From Blastocystis sp. Blastoise (Eukaryota; Protista; Bigyra: Opalinata), in assembly GCA_039096225.1 (NCBI GenBank), contig JBBPEB010000023.1:686326-750325 (forward strand): 64,000 bases of DNA. Reading direction: 5' to 3'. Below the pieces are notes generated by a model, which was given only the letters and a program-made list of their open reading frames with translations, did not search any database and was not told where the DNA came from. A program made the translations under genes and the position numbers. Of the stretch, positions 32,226 to 44,645 are shown in pieces (positions within the stretch are counted from its first letter, which is position 1; every line of letters starts with the position of its first letter).

Positions 32226-34373
32226 ATAGAATAATTAGTGTTAATATATCCAGCATGTTCAAATAATAATTGTTGAGGAAGATCTTCTAAACCTTGAATA
32301 TCCTGTTGATTCTCTACAGAGTCACTTTCAAGAGATAAATCCCATAAAGTCATCTATTAATGAATAATAATAATAATATAATAATAAATATAATAATAAA
32401 TATAATAATAATATAATAATAATAAATATAATAATAATAATAATAAATATAAATATACTTGAGAATCAGTAGTAACAGCAAGAACAGAAGATTCACTTGG
32501 AGACCATTCCACTGAAGTTATACCTGCATAATTATTATTATACATATATACACAATTCTCACTATATAAATAATCATATATTAATATATACATATAATTA
32601 AGTATATATATATACTTCTTAAAAGCTCTAAGATCCCAGACTTTGAATGAATTATCATCACTTCCACTTACCATCAAATAACCAACAAGTCTATAATAAT
32701 AATAATAATAATAAATAATAAGTATAATAAATAATAAGTATAATATAATAAATAATAAATATAATAATAAATAATAAGTATAATAAATAATGAATAGAAT
32801 AATGAATATAATAATAAATATAATAATGAATAGAATATACTTATTCCAGGAGATGACGTTGACATCGTCATCATGAGCTAAAACACTTAAAACAGGTTCA
32901 TAAGTAGCAGATCGTGTATCCCAAATACGTATATAACGGTCACTACTACATGTAGCAAATACCTATATATATATATGTTATATAATAAGTATAATAAGTA
33001 TAATAAATATAATAAATATAATAATAATATACATTATCTTCATCTGTACTCCATTGAATATCTTCAATGCTTCTGCCATTACCACATGTAAATGGACGTT
33101 TATTTGTTGACCAACCACTTTGAGAATAAGTATGTAAATAAATATTACCATTATTATCACCTGTAGCTAATAATCCTTTATTCTTTCTATTCCAGTCCAT
33201 AGCATAACCCTCTGTAGAATGAGAATAACTATATATAGCACCCTGATTAGGATTACGAAGACTATTACCACCATTAAGAATAGTAAGTTGATTAGTAACA
33301 TCATAAATATCAATAGATCCCTTTTCACTCCATGTAGCTACAATCTGACTACTATCAGGCATACACTATTATATATAATATATAATATAATATAATATAA
33401 TATAATATAATATAATATAATATAATATAATATAATATATATACTCTAACTCTATTAATAGCACCTTTATGATTAATACATTGATACATAATTTGAGCAT
33501 CTGTATCTAATCCTTCACCATCATCATCTTCTTCAGGATCTATATATATATATATATATATACAACGTATAGAAGATATGCATATTAATAATAATAAATA
33601 TAATAAATATAATAACCATAATAAATATAATAAATATAATAATAAATATAATAATAAATATAATATACCTTCATCAAATTTAGTTTTATACATATCAAAC
33701 ATTTTCATAACAACAAGTTTATTATCATTTTCATTTTCAGCTTGAGTACCACCAACTGCAAATAATGTCATAGGAAACTATATAATAAATGTATCAATTA
33801 TTATATAGAAAAAACAATTAATAAAAAAAAAAAAATGAATAAAAAAAAACAATGAAAAAAAAAAAAACAAAAAAAAAAAACAACAACAACATACTCTAGA
33901 TCTTTCTAAACCTAAATTATCATTTACAACATCAAAAGAAAGACAAGGCCATTCTACATTAAGAGCATGATACATAATATAAGCACTACTATCATAATCA
34001 AGTTCTTCACCTTCAACTAAACTATCTTTACCAACTCGAAATACCTATATGAAATAATAAAATGAATAGAAGAATACTAAAATTAGAAAATCTAGTTATA
34101 TATATATGGATTTAACTAAAAATATTTTATATCGACTTGAAAAAAAGAAAGACTTACAGCATTTGGCTTTTCATCTTGTTCATTTTTATCTTCTTTTTCA
34201 ATATCAATACCAGTAGCATCCTCATCCATAGCATCGTGAGTTTCTTCATTTTCATATTCATCGATTGTAGGATCTTCATACTCCATGGTATCTGCTTCGT
34301 CAGGATTTTCAGGAGTTTGATTCTCATCAGTTCTCTTCTTCTGGAAATTACTATTTATATTATTTCTCTTCAT
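32025..34373 (-). CDS. GRWD1: Glutamate-rich WD40 ribosome assembly factor GRWD1/Rrb1
   Basis: Acidic N-terminus. '[21 protein letters not shown]' (CAF1C/H4-binding domain), 'GTQAE', 'EGYAMDW', 'SIEDIQWS', '[14 protein letters not shown]', and '[26 protein letters not shown]'. Confidence 0.92.
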
Positions 34374-35338
34374 CTTTTCTTAATGTAAATAACAAATTGA
34401 ATAAAAATACCACAATTTTTCTCTCTCATGGTTATTTGTTTTTTTAAAGATAAAAGGAAAATAATTTTTTTGATTTGTTTTCAGAACGCTTTTCATAGGG
34501 AATATTTTGTTTCTTTTTTTTTTTATTTTCACTTTTATGTAGTATACAGAAGTGATATTGGAATATAATTAATGATATAAAGCTAATAATAAAAGTAACT
34601 CATTGGAGCCTATAAGACTTCTGAAAAATGTTTTGGTCATAACATGTATATGTATTTTGTTGTGTATTTATGTGATGTAAATGAAATAGAAATGCATGTG
34701 AGAATCATTACAATAAATATTTAATTAGTGATTAACTCGAATAAGTATATATTTTATGAATAAAAAGAGATTTATTTCATTTATTAATGAAAACTGTGTA
34801 TGATATATAGATTAATTTGTGGATGAAATCAACTTTGTATTTCTGTTGAATTTGATTATTTACATATATATTATTTGATAGTTATTATGAATTGGTTTCA
34901 CAAATAACTTCTGAATCAAGTTTATTAACTATTGGATCATAATATACAAACTAATAGAATAGTTAAAACAAATATTTAATTTAGAAATCATTGACTTTTT
35001 CATTGTAAAAAGTTAAATTCTTAATTATTGTTTTTATTTTATTTTTAATAGTTGCAATATACGTTTTAAACAATTCCATGTATGATTTAAAAATATTTCT
35101 CTCTATTAACAGTATAAAATGACAATTATTATGCTATATATCTCGACATCTTCTTCCAAATTCATATTATATATATGAAGAATACGTGTCACGATTTGAA
35201 TAAATGAAAAATATCAAAAAATATTATTATGGAGCGATAAAGAAAAAGTAGACGTTTCGTGATTCGTTGAAACTTCTGATTCTATAAAAAGAAATTTAAA
35301 AATTCAAAGATTTTCATTTTTCTTTTTCTAAATTTATA

Positions 35339-36740
35339 ATGTTTAGTTCTTATTTAACTTCAATAATCATTTCATTTTTCCAAACACTTCTTACTACTGT
35401 GTTGTCGCCATTATTTTTTGTAGCTAGTGTGGTATCTCAGATTGCATATTACTTTACAACTAAAGAAGAAGAGCATCATACTGTCTTAATTACAGGAGCT
35501 ACATCAGGAATAGGCGAAGGATTAGCTAGAAAATATTCTAAAAATTGTTCAAAATTGATATTAATAGGTCGTAATAATGAGAAGTTATCTTCACTTAAAT
35601 CAGAATTATCTTCGGAACAGTGTTCAGTTTGTGTTCATTCTGTAGATATTACTGATAAAGAGAAAATGAGATCTATTATAAGTCAGTACAAAGATATCGA
35701 TTTAGTTATAGCAAATGCTGGTATTAGTTCTACTTTATTACAATTTGATGAAACCCCTAGTATATTAGAACAAGTATATTCTAGTTGTAATGATTATAAT
35801 ATATATATATTTATAAATATTCAATATAAATTAATTGAATAATATATTTATAAATATTCAATATAAATTAATTGAATAATATATTTATAAATATTTAATA
35901 TAAATTAATTGAATAATATATTTATAAATATTCAATATAAATTAATTGAATAATATATAGACAACAGAGAGAATATTTGAAACTAATGTCAATGGTACTT
36001 TTAATACACTTTTCCCGGCTATTGATAATATGAAAGTATATATATATAGAAACATATTTTTATAGGATTATAGTATAATTTCATAATTATTTATTATAAA
36101 TATTCTTTGAAATAGGTTATCTATATATGCTATTTATAATATTATTTTATTAATATAATAAATATATTGTATATTATTATTGTTATTTTATTTCTCTCTT
36201 ACTCTCTCTCTTTATATATATATACATATATAGTTACAGAAACATGGTCAGATCTGTATAGTTGCATCTATAGCAGGATTAGGAGGAGATGGAATTAATA
36301 CTTGTTACGCAGCTTCAAAATGTGCTCTTACTTCTTATGCCGAAGGATTAAGATCTATTTTAGAACCTTATAATATTAAAGTGAATATTGTTACACCTAG
36401 TATATATATATTATTATTTATATTGATTTATATAAATATTATACTTATAAAAAATAATATATTTTTAATTGAAATTTATATTTTGTATTTTAAAAATTAA
36501 AATCATGGGTTTTCATTGCTAAAAATTTATTATTATTAAAAATATAGTTATATAGATATGAATACATTTAATAATAAAAAAATAATAACTATAACTATAT
36601 ATATTATATATAGGTCCTGTAGCTACAAGAATGATTAATTCAAATGGTTCTTCAGATCCTCTTACTCTTACTGTTGATCAATGTGTTAATTATATATATA
36701 ATGGTATTCGAGATGATATGCTTTATATCTATTGTAATCC

Positions 36741-36783
<43 letters not shown>

Positions 36784-37074
36784 TAAATTTTTTATATATT
36801 CTAAAATATATTCTAAAATATATATTCTAAAATATAAATAAACAGTATTAATATTCTTTACACTTAAATGCTTATTCAATTAATAATATATATATATATC
36901 TATAGTTTCTTTATATTACTTACGTTAATATACAAAGTAATGCCAGTTACTCTTAAAAGAGTTTATTTACAGTTTCAGACTTATTTAAGACATATTCATG
37001 TAGATGGATGTGAATATTATGAACCACAAGATGTAAAGATGAAGTCATATACTAAATCAACAAAATCTGAATAA
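35339..37074 (+). CDS. Short-chain dehydrogenase/reductase with N-terminal membrane anchor
   Basis: TGATSGIG Rossmann motif, 'DLVIANAG', 'ETNVNGT', 'ASIAG' and catalytic 'YAASK'. About 5 exons. Confidence 0.9.
35807..35955. repeat. Intronic 37-bp tandem repeat, about 4 copies
   Basis: Unit ATATTTATAAATATTCAATATAAATTAATTGAATAAT recurs with period 37 (35821, 35858, 35895, 35932). Confidence 0.9.
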
Positions 37075-37517
37075 TATCTATTATATACTATTTAATAATT
37101 CTTTCTTTTAGCAAAAAAAATATTTTTTTTTATGAATCTGATTTATAAAAAGTATTTCCTATCTTATGTAGTTTATTTTTATTTTTATTTTTTTTGTGAA
37201 CTAGAAAATATTTATTTTAGATAATAAAAGATTGAATAATATTGTTTTAAAACACAAAAGAATAATAATAACTAATTAATTCAAAATTATATTAGTATAT
37301 TTTGAATAATAGAAAAAATTATATTTATACAAAAATGAAATTTAAAAATAAAACAAATATAAAAAAAAGAAAGAATAACAGAAGAAAAAAAAAAAATTAA
37401 TTTAAAAAAAATTAGTTATATAATTAATTATAGAAATTGTAATAAGCAATATAATTAAACACTATAAATAATATCAAATAAAGTGATATCATCAATAAAT
37501 AATAAAACTATATATCT

Positions 37518-39312
37518 TTATCGACAAATAGAATAAAAATGAGTTTTATTAGTATGATGAGTATATAATAGTTTTGATTGTTTTATGGTTATTTTATTTT
37601 TATAAATTATATCAGCTTCATTAAAATGTTTTAATACATGCTTAGGATATATATTATTATATAAAGTAAGAAGACTCATAAAAACATCATCATTTTGAAA
37701 CAAATTATCCATATATGGAAATGTATATATATGTTTTCGAAGTATGTCTTTTGTATATAGAGTAAATGGACCATCAACAAAAGGTATTTTCCAAGGTAAT
37801 ATAAAATAAGGTTTTGACCATTTATCACGTAAATTAATATCAGGAGATGAATTTTTTATAATTCCCATATATGTTTTTCTTCTAGATCTTAATAATAGTT
37901 CATCAACTTCACTTGGATTTACACATATATCATCATCACCAATAATTACATTAGTAGTGGTTGTATTGGATATAATAAATAATTCTTCAATCATAAAATA
38001 TTTTAATGTGTTATTACCATAATGTTCAACTATATTTGTACCTATAATATCTTGATACATTTCAGATTCTTTATAAATATTTGAAAATAATGGATCTGAA
38101 CTATTTTTACTTACTACAAAATAAATTTTAAAATTAAATGCATATTTATGTTGATATTGACCCCAAGTATTTCGTATACCATCACGAATATCACGATTAT
38201 AATAAGTAGATTTTAAAAAATAAATTAATTTATAATGATCAAAAAGATCTTTTAATTCATCATAACGAGGTAATATATAAAATGTAAAACGAGTACCTAC
38301 AGGAAAAAAGAAGAAATTACTATAATAATCACGTGCATAAAAATCTATTCGTTTTCTTTCTATAGTTTCTTTTTGTTGATATAAATATTTAATAGTAGTA
38401 TTTGAATCATAAATTTGAATAGGATTATAAGGATGATAATATTCTTCATAATCTATATAGCTAATACCTGAAGGGGGTAGAACTATATATTGACCATATA
38501 CTATTGAATCTTCTATAAATGAAAAAGGTAAATGATTCTTTTGTTTTAAAGAATGTAATATATCTTTTGGATTCTTTTGAATAACATGTAATTTATGTTG
38601 TATCATTTTATACGTACATCTCCAAAATAATGTTTTAGAAGGATTTCTTAATTGTGTTGGATCACAATAATCTGGATATAATGGAATACTATAAGATTCG
38701 TAGATAGATTGAATTTTTGGAATAAATTGAATTGAAGAATTATAATTAGATATATTCTGAATATATCTTGAAGAAGGAAATGTATTTAGTGTTATTAATT
38801 CATAATTACTATGAACTTGAGTCTTATTAAAATAAAGTAGCTGACGAAGATGTTCAAAAGGACGTTGATATTTTGAATGAATAGAATCACTCATTTTTTT
38901 ATAATTCTTCTTTATAATATCTATGTTATATTATATATAAAAAATAGATTTATAGGATATACTGAGTGCATTATTTTGATTAATCCACGAAGATTCTTTA
39001 CTAGAACTATCATAATAATAGATTGAATGATCTGAAGATGATTTCGAAAATTTAGTTAATGTTTTGTGAGAAATATTTGAAGATAATACACCATGATACT
39101 CTATAGAAAAAGGAATTGAAAGAGATTGACAATTTATTGATCTGGAATGAATTCTAAATGCTTTCTTTATTTAAAATCATACGATCAGAGTATAAAGGGT
39201 TATTTGTGAAGGATAATGGATTTGTAAATTGAGTTGATTTCTTGATATTATATATAGAGATCATGAAGGCAATCATGCATATTATAAAAACATAATTCTT
39301 TTCTTTGAACAT
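37518..39312 (-). CDS. GT31 beta-1,3-galactosyltransferase-family protein, type II membrane
   Basis: Signal anchor MFKEKNYVFIICMIAFMISIY. Two tiny 5' introns (29 nt at 39154-39182 and about 41 nt). Catalytic exon with 'RDGIRNTWG', 'EHYGNNTLK', 'GDDDICVNP' and 'NDDVFM'. Confidence 0.85.
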
Positions 39313-39910
39313 AGCAGCAATATTCGCAGAAAATGAATTAAGAAATTATTTAGATAATCATTAATGTTTTGAATTTCTTCGTAATTGAATTGAAAAATCC
39401 CATGATTTTTATTCTTTTAAATTATTTTTCTAAATAAGGGATTTTTGCAAACACATTGTTCATTAAAGTGTTTAGATACATTGCAAATATATTGAAATAT
39501 CTAATTAATGATAAGAAATCTATAAAATAAAATAATAAAGAAAAAAATAAGAATGAGTATAGAATTTCACTTTAGAAATAGTTACTATCGAATTCTTATA
39601 GTTGATACAATATAGATTTCATAATTACTATTTTTAAAGATTTATATTAATTGATTTTCTTATTATTAAAAGGAAAAATAAAAATAAATGAAAATTTTTT
39701 TAAAAATATTTCCGAAAAATACTATTCTGGTTCTCTATTTTGAAGAATATACATTTTTACAGTGACTTTTGTAGTCAAATCATGGGAATTGTGAATGAAT
39801 TCAATAAATAAAATTTATACGGAATTCTTTTAGTAAATAGTTTTTTCTCGTATTATCGTTCTTTTTGCCTTTACATTCAAGGTGATATAGGTCATTTCTT
39901 TTTTCTAAAC

Positions 39911-41506
39911 ATGACTCTATCTTTGCTGAGTAAATTTCTATGGTTTTCAACTATTTTAGTGTTATGTTTTATTCAAAGCAAAACAATTGTAGAAGAACAT
40001 TCTATAGATTTAATTCATTCATCAAATTCAAGTCATACCGTACATATCATGATTATTATGTTTAAAAGTCTTTTTTTTTATAGTATAAAGATTTAGATCA
40101 TATACAAACACACACCAAGTATGTATTTATTATATAAAATGAAAATGAATAATCGAATTTCTAGAAAATGTTTTCACAAAGATGCTAATAATATAATTTA
40201 TCCTTCAGATTATTCTAGATTTTATCAGAATTCATTTGCAGAATATTGGGAATGGCTTTCTAAACAAAATACTTCGAATGTGTTACAATCAACAAATATC
40301 TTATTTCATACTTCTTATGAACCAAATATTGATTATTCTTTTATATTTAGATTTTCTAAAAAGAATAGATTATCTGATATAATTGATACTATACAAGATT
40401 TTCCTGATATTAGTTATTATTGGTTAAATAATTTTACAAAGATTCACAGACAATCCCCAGTATTATATGGTACATATTATATACAAAAGAAACTTTATGA
40501 TTATCAGAATTCATTTGATTGTTCTAAAGCTAAATATATTCTTGTTGGTGTTGCTATATCAGGTATTGGCTCTCATGTTCATGTAATGGGATCTTTATTA
40601 GCAGAAGCTATCAATCACAATCGAATATTAGTTATGATTGATAATAATGATTCTTATTGGATAGAAAAATCGATTTGTACAGAAAATTCATTATTATGTT
40701 ATTTTGAAAATATGAGTCAATGTCAATCTTATATAAAAAATACATATCAACAATTAAGATCTACTCAATATGTTATATCCAATCCTAAAAAGAATGATTT
40801 GAAAACATATGATAATGTTCAATATATATATTCAAATACACAATCTATTACTGTATATGAGTCTAAAAACACTATTCCTTATTTTGTTCAAGAATTTTGT
40901 GATGAATTATCTTTATCTTCTGAAGAATGCTTAGTTTATTGGAGAATACAAGCATCTACATTCATTTCTAGATTAAATAAGAAATTCAGTAGTGTTTTAA
41001 ATTCTCGTTTAAAATTAGATTGTATAAATTGTTTAGATTCTTATGATGTTAATATACATATACGTAGTGCAGATAAAAAGAATGAAATGATTATTCCTTC
41101 TCCTTTAGTATTTAATTATCCAATAAATATTATTCAAAAAATACTTAATAAAAATAAACTATCAATATATATAAATGGTGATAATGATGAAGATATAAAA
41201 ACAGTTGTACAATCTTCTAATAATATATTTATATATATATCTAAAGAACGAAGAGAAAATAAAGATGTATATAATATAATAAAAAAAGAAGATATTGTAG
41301 TTTATTCTTTTCTCAATTTAAGAGAATCATTGAAATCAAGTATTCTTATAGGTACTTATGAGAGTAATTGGATAAGATTGATGATTGAACTTAAATTGAC
41401 AATTGGCTATGGTAGTAAGAGTTTATTCTTTGAAGTTGGACATGGCAATTGCATTACATATATTGATTGCCATAATACAAAGAATACATTTAATCCTGTG
41501 TGGTAA
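39911..41506 (+). CDS. Alpha-1,6-fucosyltransferase-like protein (GT23/FUT8-NodZ clan)
   Basis: Signal exon 39911-40039, intron 40040-40096. Motifs 'DCSKAKY', 'SGIGSHVH', 'IHIRSADKKNE' (cf. FUT8 VHVRRTDK) and 'IGTYESNWIRLMIEL'. Confidence 0.7.
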
Positions 41507-44129
41507 AAACAAACATACATTTAATCAACTTTTATTTCTATCATTTAATTTCTTCTATTAATGTATCATGTATTAATATTTATATGATATTTTTATCTAG
41601 CTTTTATTTAGTATTTGTTTTTTCTATTTAATTTTATAATAATAGTTATTAAAAAGTTTATATCTTTTTTCTATATTCATCATGAATTTATAATAATTAT
41701 TTTTTATATACGATGGTTTTAGTATTAATAATTATTCTTGTATTGTTTAAAGGGTTCTATTTGTTTTTTTTATATATTTTTAAACATATGATTTATTTAT
41801 TAATCTAAAAAAGACGTAAAATCAGTATGAACATCTTATTTTGTATTTTTTATTATGACTAACTGAAAGAAATTACTTTTTTAAGTTGAAAATGAGTTGA
41901 TCTATATTTGAACTTTTTGTGCTTTAGAAACCATGGAAATTTAAGATTCATTTTTTGAACTATGGAATGAATGACGGTAGTGAATATATATATGAAATCA
42001 TTTAGTTTATATAGTTAAGAAATTATTAAAAAAACAATTCTATATATTATATTTAAGCTTATTAGATATAAAACTATTTAAAACATAAAGAAAAAATGAT
42101 TATTTGTAGCTTATTATAATATTAAATATTATTCAAATTGAAATTGAATATATTTTTTGAGTATCTTATAATTATGGTTATATATAGATCTATTTATATC
42201 GAATATTCGATTAGAATGTTTGTATCCATTATGTATTAAAGATATATTCTATTCCTTAGAAAGAGTAACAATGCGTCGTATATAATATAATACTATAATA
42301 TATTTATTATAGTATAATATAATTGGCCAGCTTCTATGAGCCCTTTTTTTATCATATGGAATTGTCGCCAACATTTGTAACAAAATATTTATTTTGTTAG
42401 ATATATAATTTTATATTTTTATTCATTCAACTTATATTCAGCAGAAAATGTCAATAATTTATTGTCATAATAACTATCACAAAAATGAGGAAATATGAAG
42501 AAAAACGAATCTTTATACTTGTCTTTTTTATTACAGAAATGAATAAAAAACTGAGAAAATTACTTTTTTTATGTCTGTATATCTTAGAATTACTTGATGA
42601 ATATTATTTTGTATATATTTTGGTATCAAGTTAGTAAATTGACATAAAATAAAGAAAAAATGTTCATTAAAATGGGAAAATCATGTGTGTTATATATTTT
42701 AAGAAATATATTGATATACTTATATATATCTATTTTTTTATTCATTTTTTTATTATTATATTAATTTATTAATTTATTTTCATGATTTCTAAATATTTCT
42801 TAATGCTTTTATGATATATTTTTATTGAAAGTATTTTTGCTATAAACTAGTTTTTTCTTCAATGTATTAATAATTGTAGCTAATTAAAAAAAACTCTTCA
42901 TTTATTCTTTTTATAGATTTAGATATAAAAAACATATAAAAATGAATAAAGAATAATAAAATGGTATTTTTATTTAATTCTATCATCTATAGCAGCATCT
43001 TTTTTTGTATTATTACTTTAAACACACATTTATTTTTGCTAAACAAATGTCTAGACCATTAAAGACCTATAGTTCATAGAACAGGATCTAAAATTGGTTT
43101 TTGTTTCATTTTTAGGAAATAAAAGATCACGAAAAATTTTGTTACATAATAAAAGTATATTTATATATTGAAAACATGTGAAAAAAGAAAATAATAATAT
43201 ATCTTTTTGTAAAAGATGACTTTTTAAAAGTATTTAAGTGACTATTTTTATCTTTTTGCATTTCAATTATCTTAGAAAGGATCAACTATCTGGGAGAATC
43301 TTTTTTTTATTTCTTTCTTTCTCAAAAAAAAATTAATAAATATATATTTTTGTGTTTTTTATTTGTTGAAACTTTTAAAGTTGATAATGATATTAGAGTT
43401 GTGATGTTATAATTAGATTTTCAAAATAGTATATTGAAAATGTTCTAATTATTATTTATATCACTTTGTGGTACTTTTAATTATTTCAAAGACATCACGG
43501 GTAAAAATAGCATTTTTATCCAATTTAAAAAAAGAATCTAAACTGTTTAAGTAAATGATATGAATAAGTATATTATTTAAAGCATTAGAATTTCCTTTAT
43601 TCATTTGATACAGGAAATGTATTTTTTTAAATAAATTTTTATGAAATTTTACAAAGTTTATTTATTTTTAAATCATAATTTTAAAAGCATAATCCATTTT
43701 TTCTTCATGAATACAAAATATAAAAAAAACAATAAAACATAGAGTTTTTATTATTAAATTATATTTTAATTGTTCAAACATCGAATAAGTTAAAAAAACT
43801 ATTAAAGATATTATAAATAAATAAATAAATAGATTAACTAATATGATTATTATAATTTTCTTATATAATAGCATGTATAATTATATATGTAGAACATATA
43901 TGTGTAATGTTACAAATATAAAGTGATTTTTTGTAAAAGATATTCTTGATTATTTAAAAAAATATATATATACAAAATATCTTTTCGTGTGACATCAATA
44001 TTTATTCTGATTAATCTTATTAATTCAGTTTTTTATCTATGTTTTTATGAAATTTTATCGTTTTTTTTTAATAATTTGATCGCATAAGCATTTTGTTTTA
44101 GCATATATTCTTGTCTTTAATGCTATATG

Positions 44130-44645
44130 TGACGTAAACATTTAATTCTTTATTATTATATGACTTAGCATTTAATTATTTATTATTAATGTGACGTCAA
44201 TATTTAATTATTTATTATTATATGACTCAGCATTTAATTCTTTATTATTGATGTGACGTAAACATTTAATTCTTTATTATTATATGACTCAGCATTTAAT
44301 TCTTTATTATTGATGTGACGTAAACATTTAATTCTTTATTATTATATGACTCAGCATTTAATTCTTTATTATTAATGTGACGTCAATATTTAATTCTTTA
44401 TTATTATATGACTCAGCATTTAATTCTTTATTATTGATGTGACGTCAATATTTAATTCTTTATTATTATATGACTCAGCATTTAATTCATAATTATTATA
44501 TGACTCAGCATTTAATTCTTTATTATTATATGACTCAGCATTTAATTCTTTATTATTAATGTGACGTAAACATTTTGTTCTTTATTATTATATGACTCAG
44601 CATTTAATTCGTTATTATTATATGACTCAGCATTTAATTATTTCC
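44130..44645 (+). repeat. Tandem array 1: 17 units, 30-31 bp period, alternating TGACGT(A/C)A and TGACTCA cores
   Basis: TGAC cores at 44130, 44161, 44192, 44223, 44254, 44285, 44316, 44347, 44378, 44409, 44440, 44471, 44501, 44531, 44562, 44593 and 44623. Spacer CATTTAATTCTTTATTATT. Confidence 0.95.

Noticed and set aside
44130-44645. CRISPR-like appearance of regularly spaced palindromic repeats (also 56020-56700)
   Set aside because: The spacers are near-identical rather than unique, there are no cas genes, and the context is a spliceosomal eukaryote. These are tandem minisatellites.
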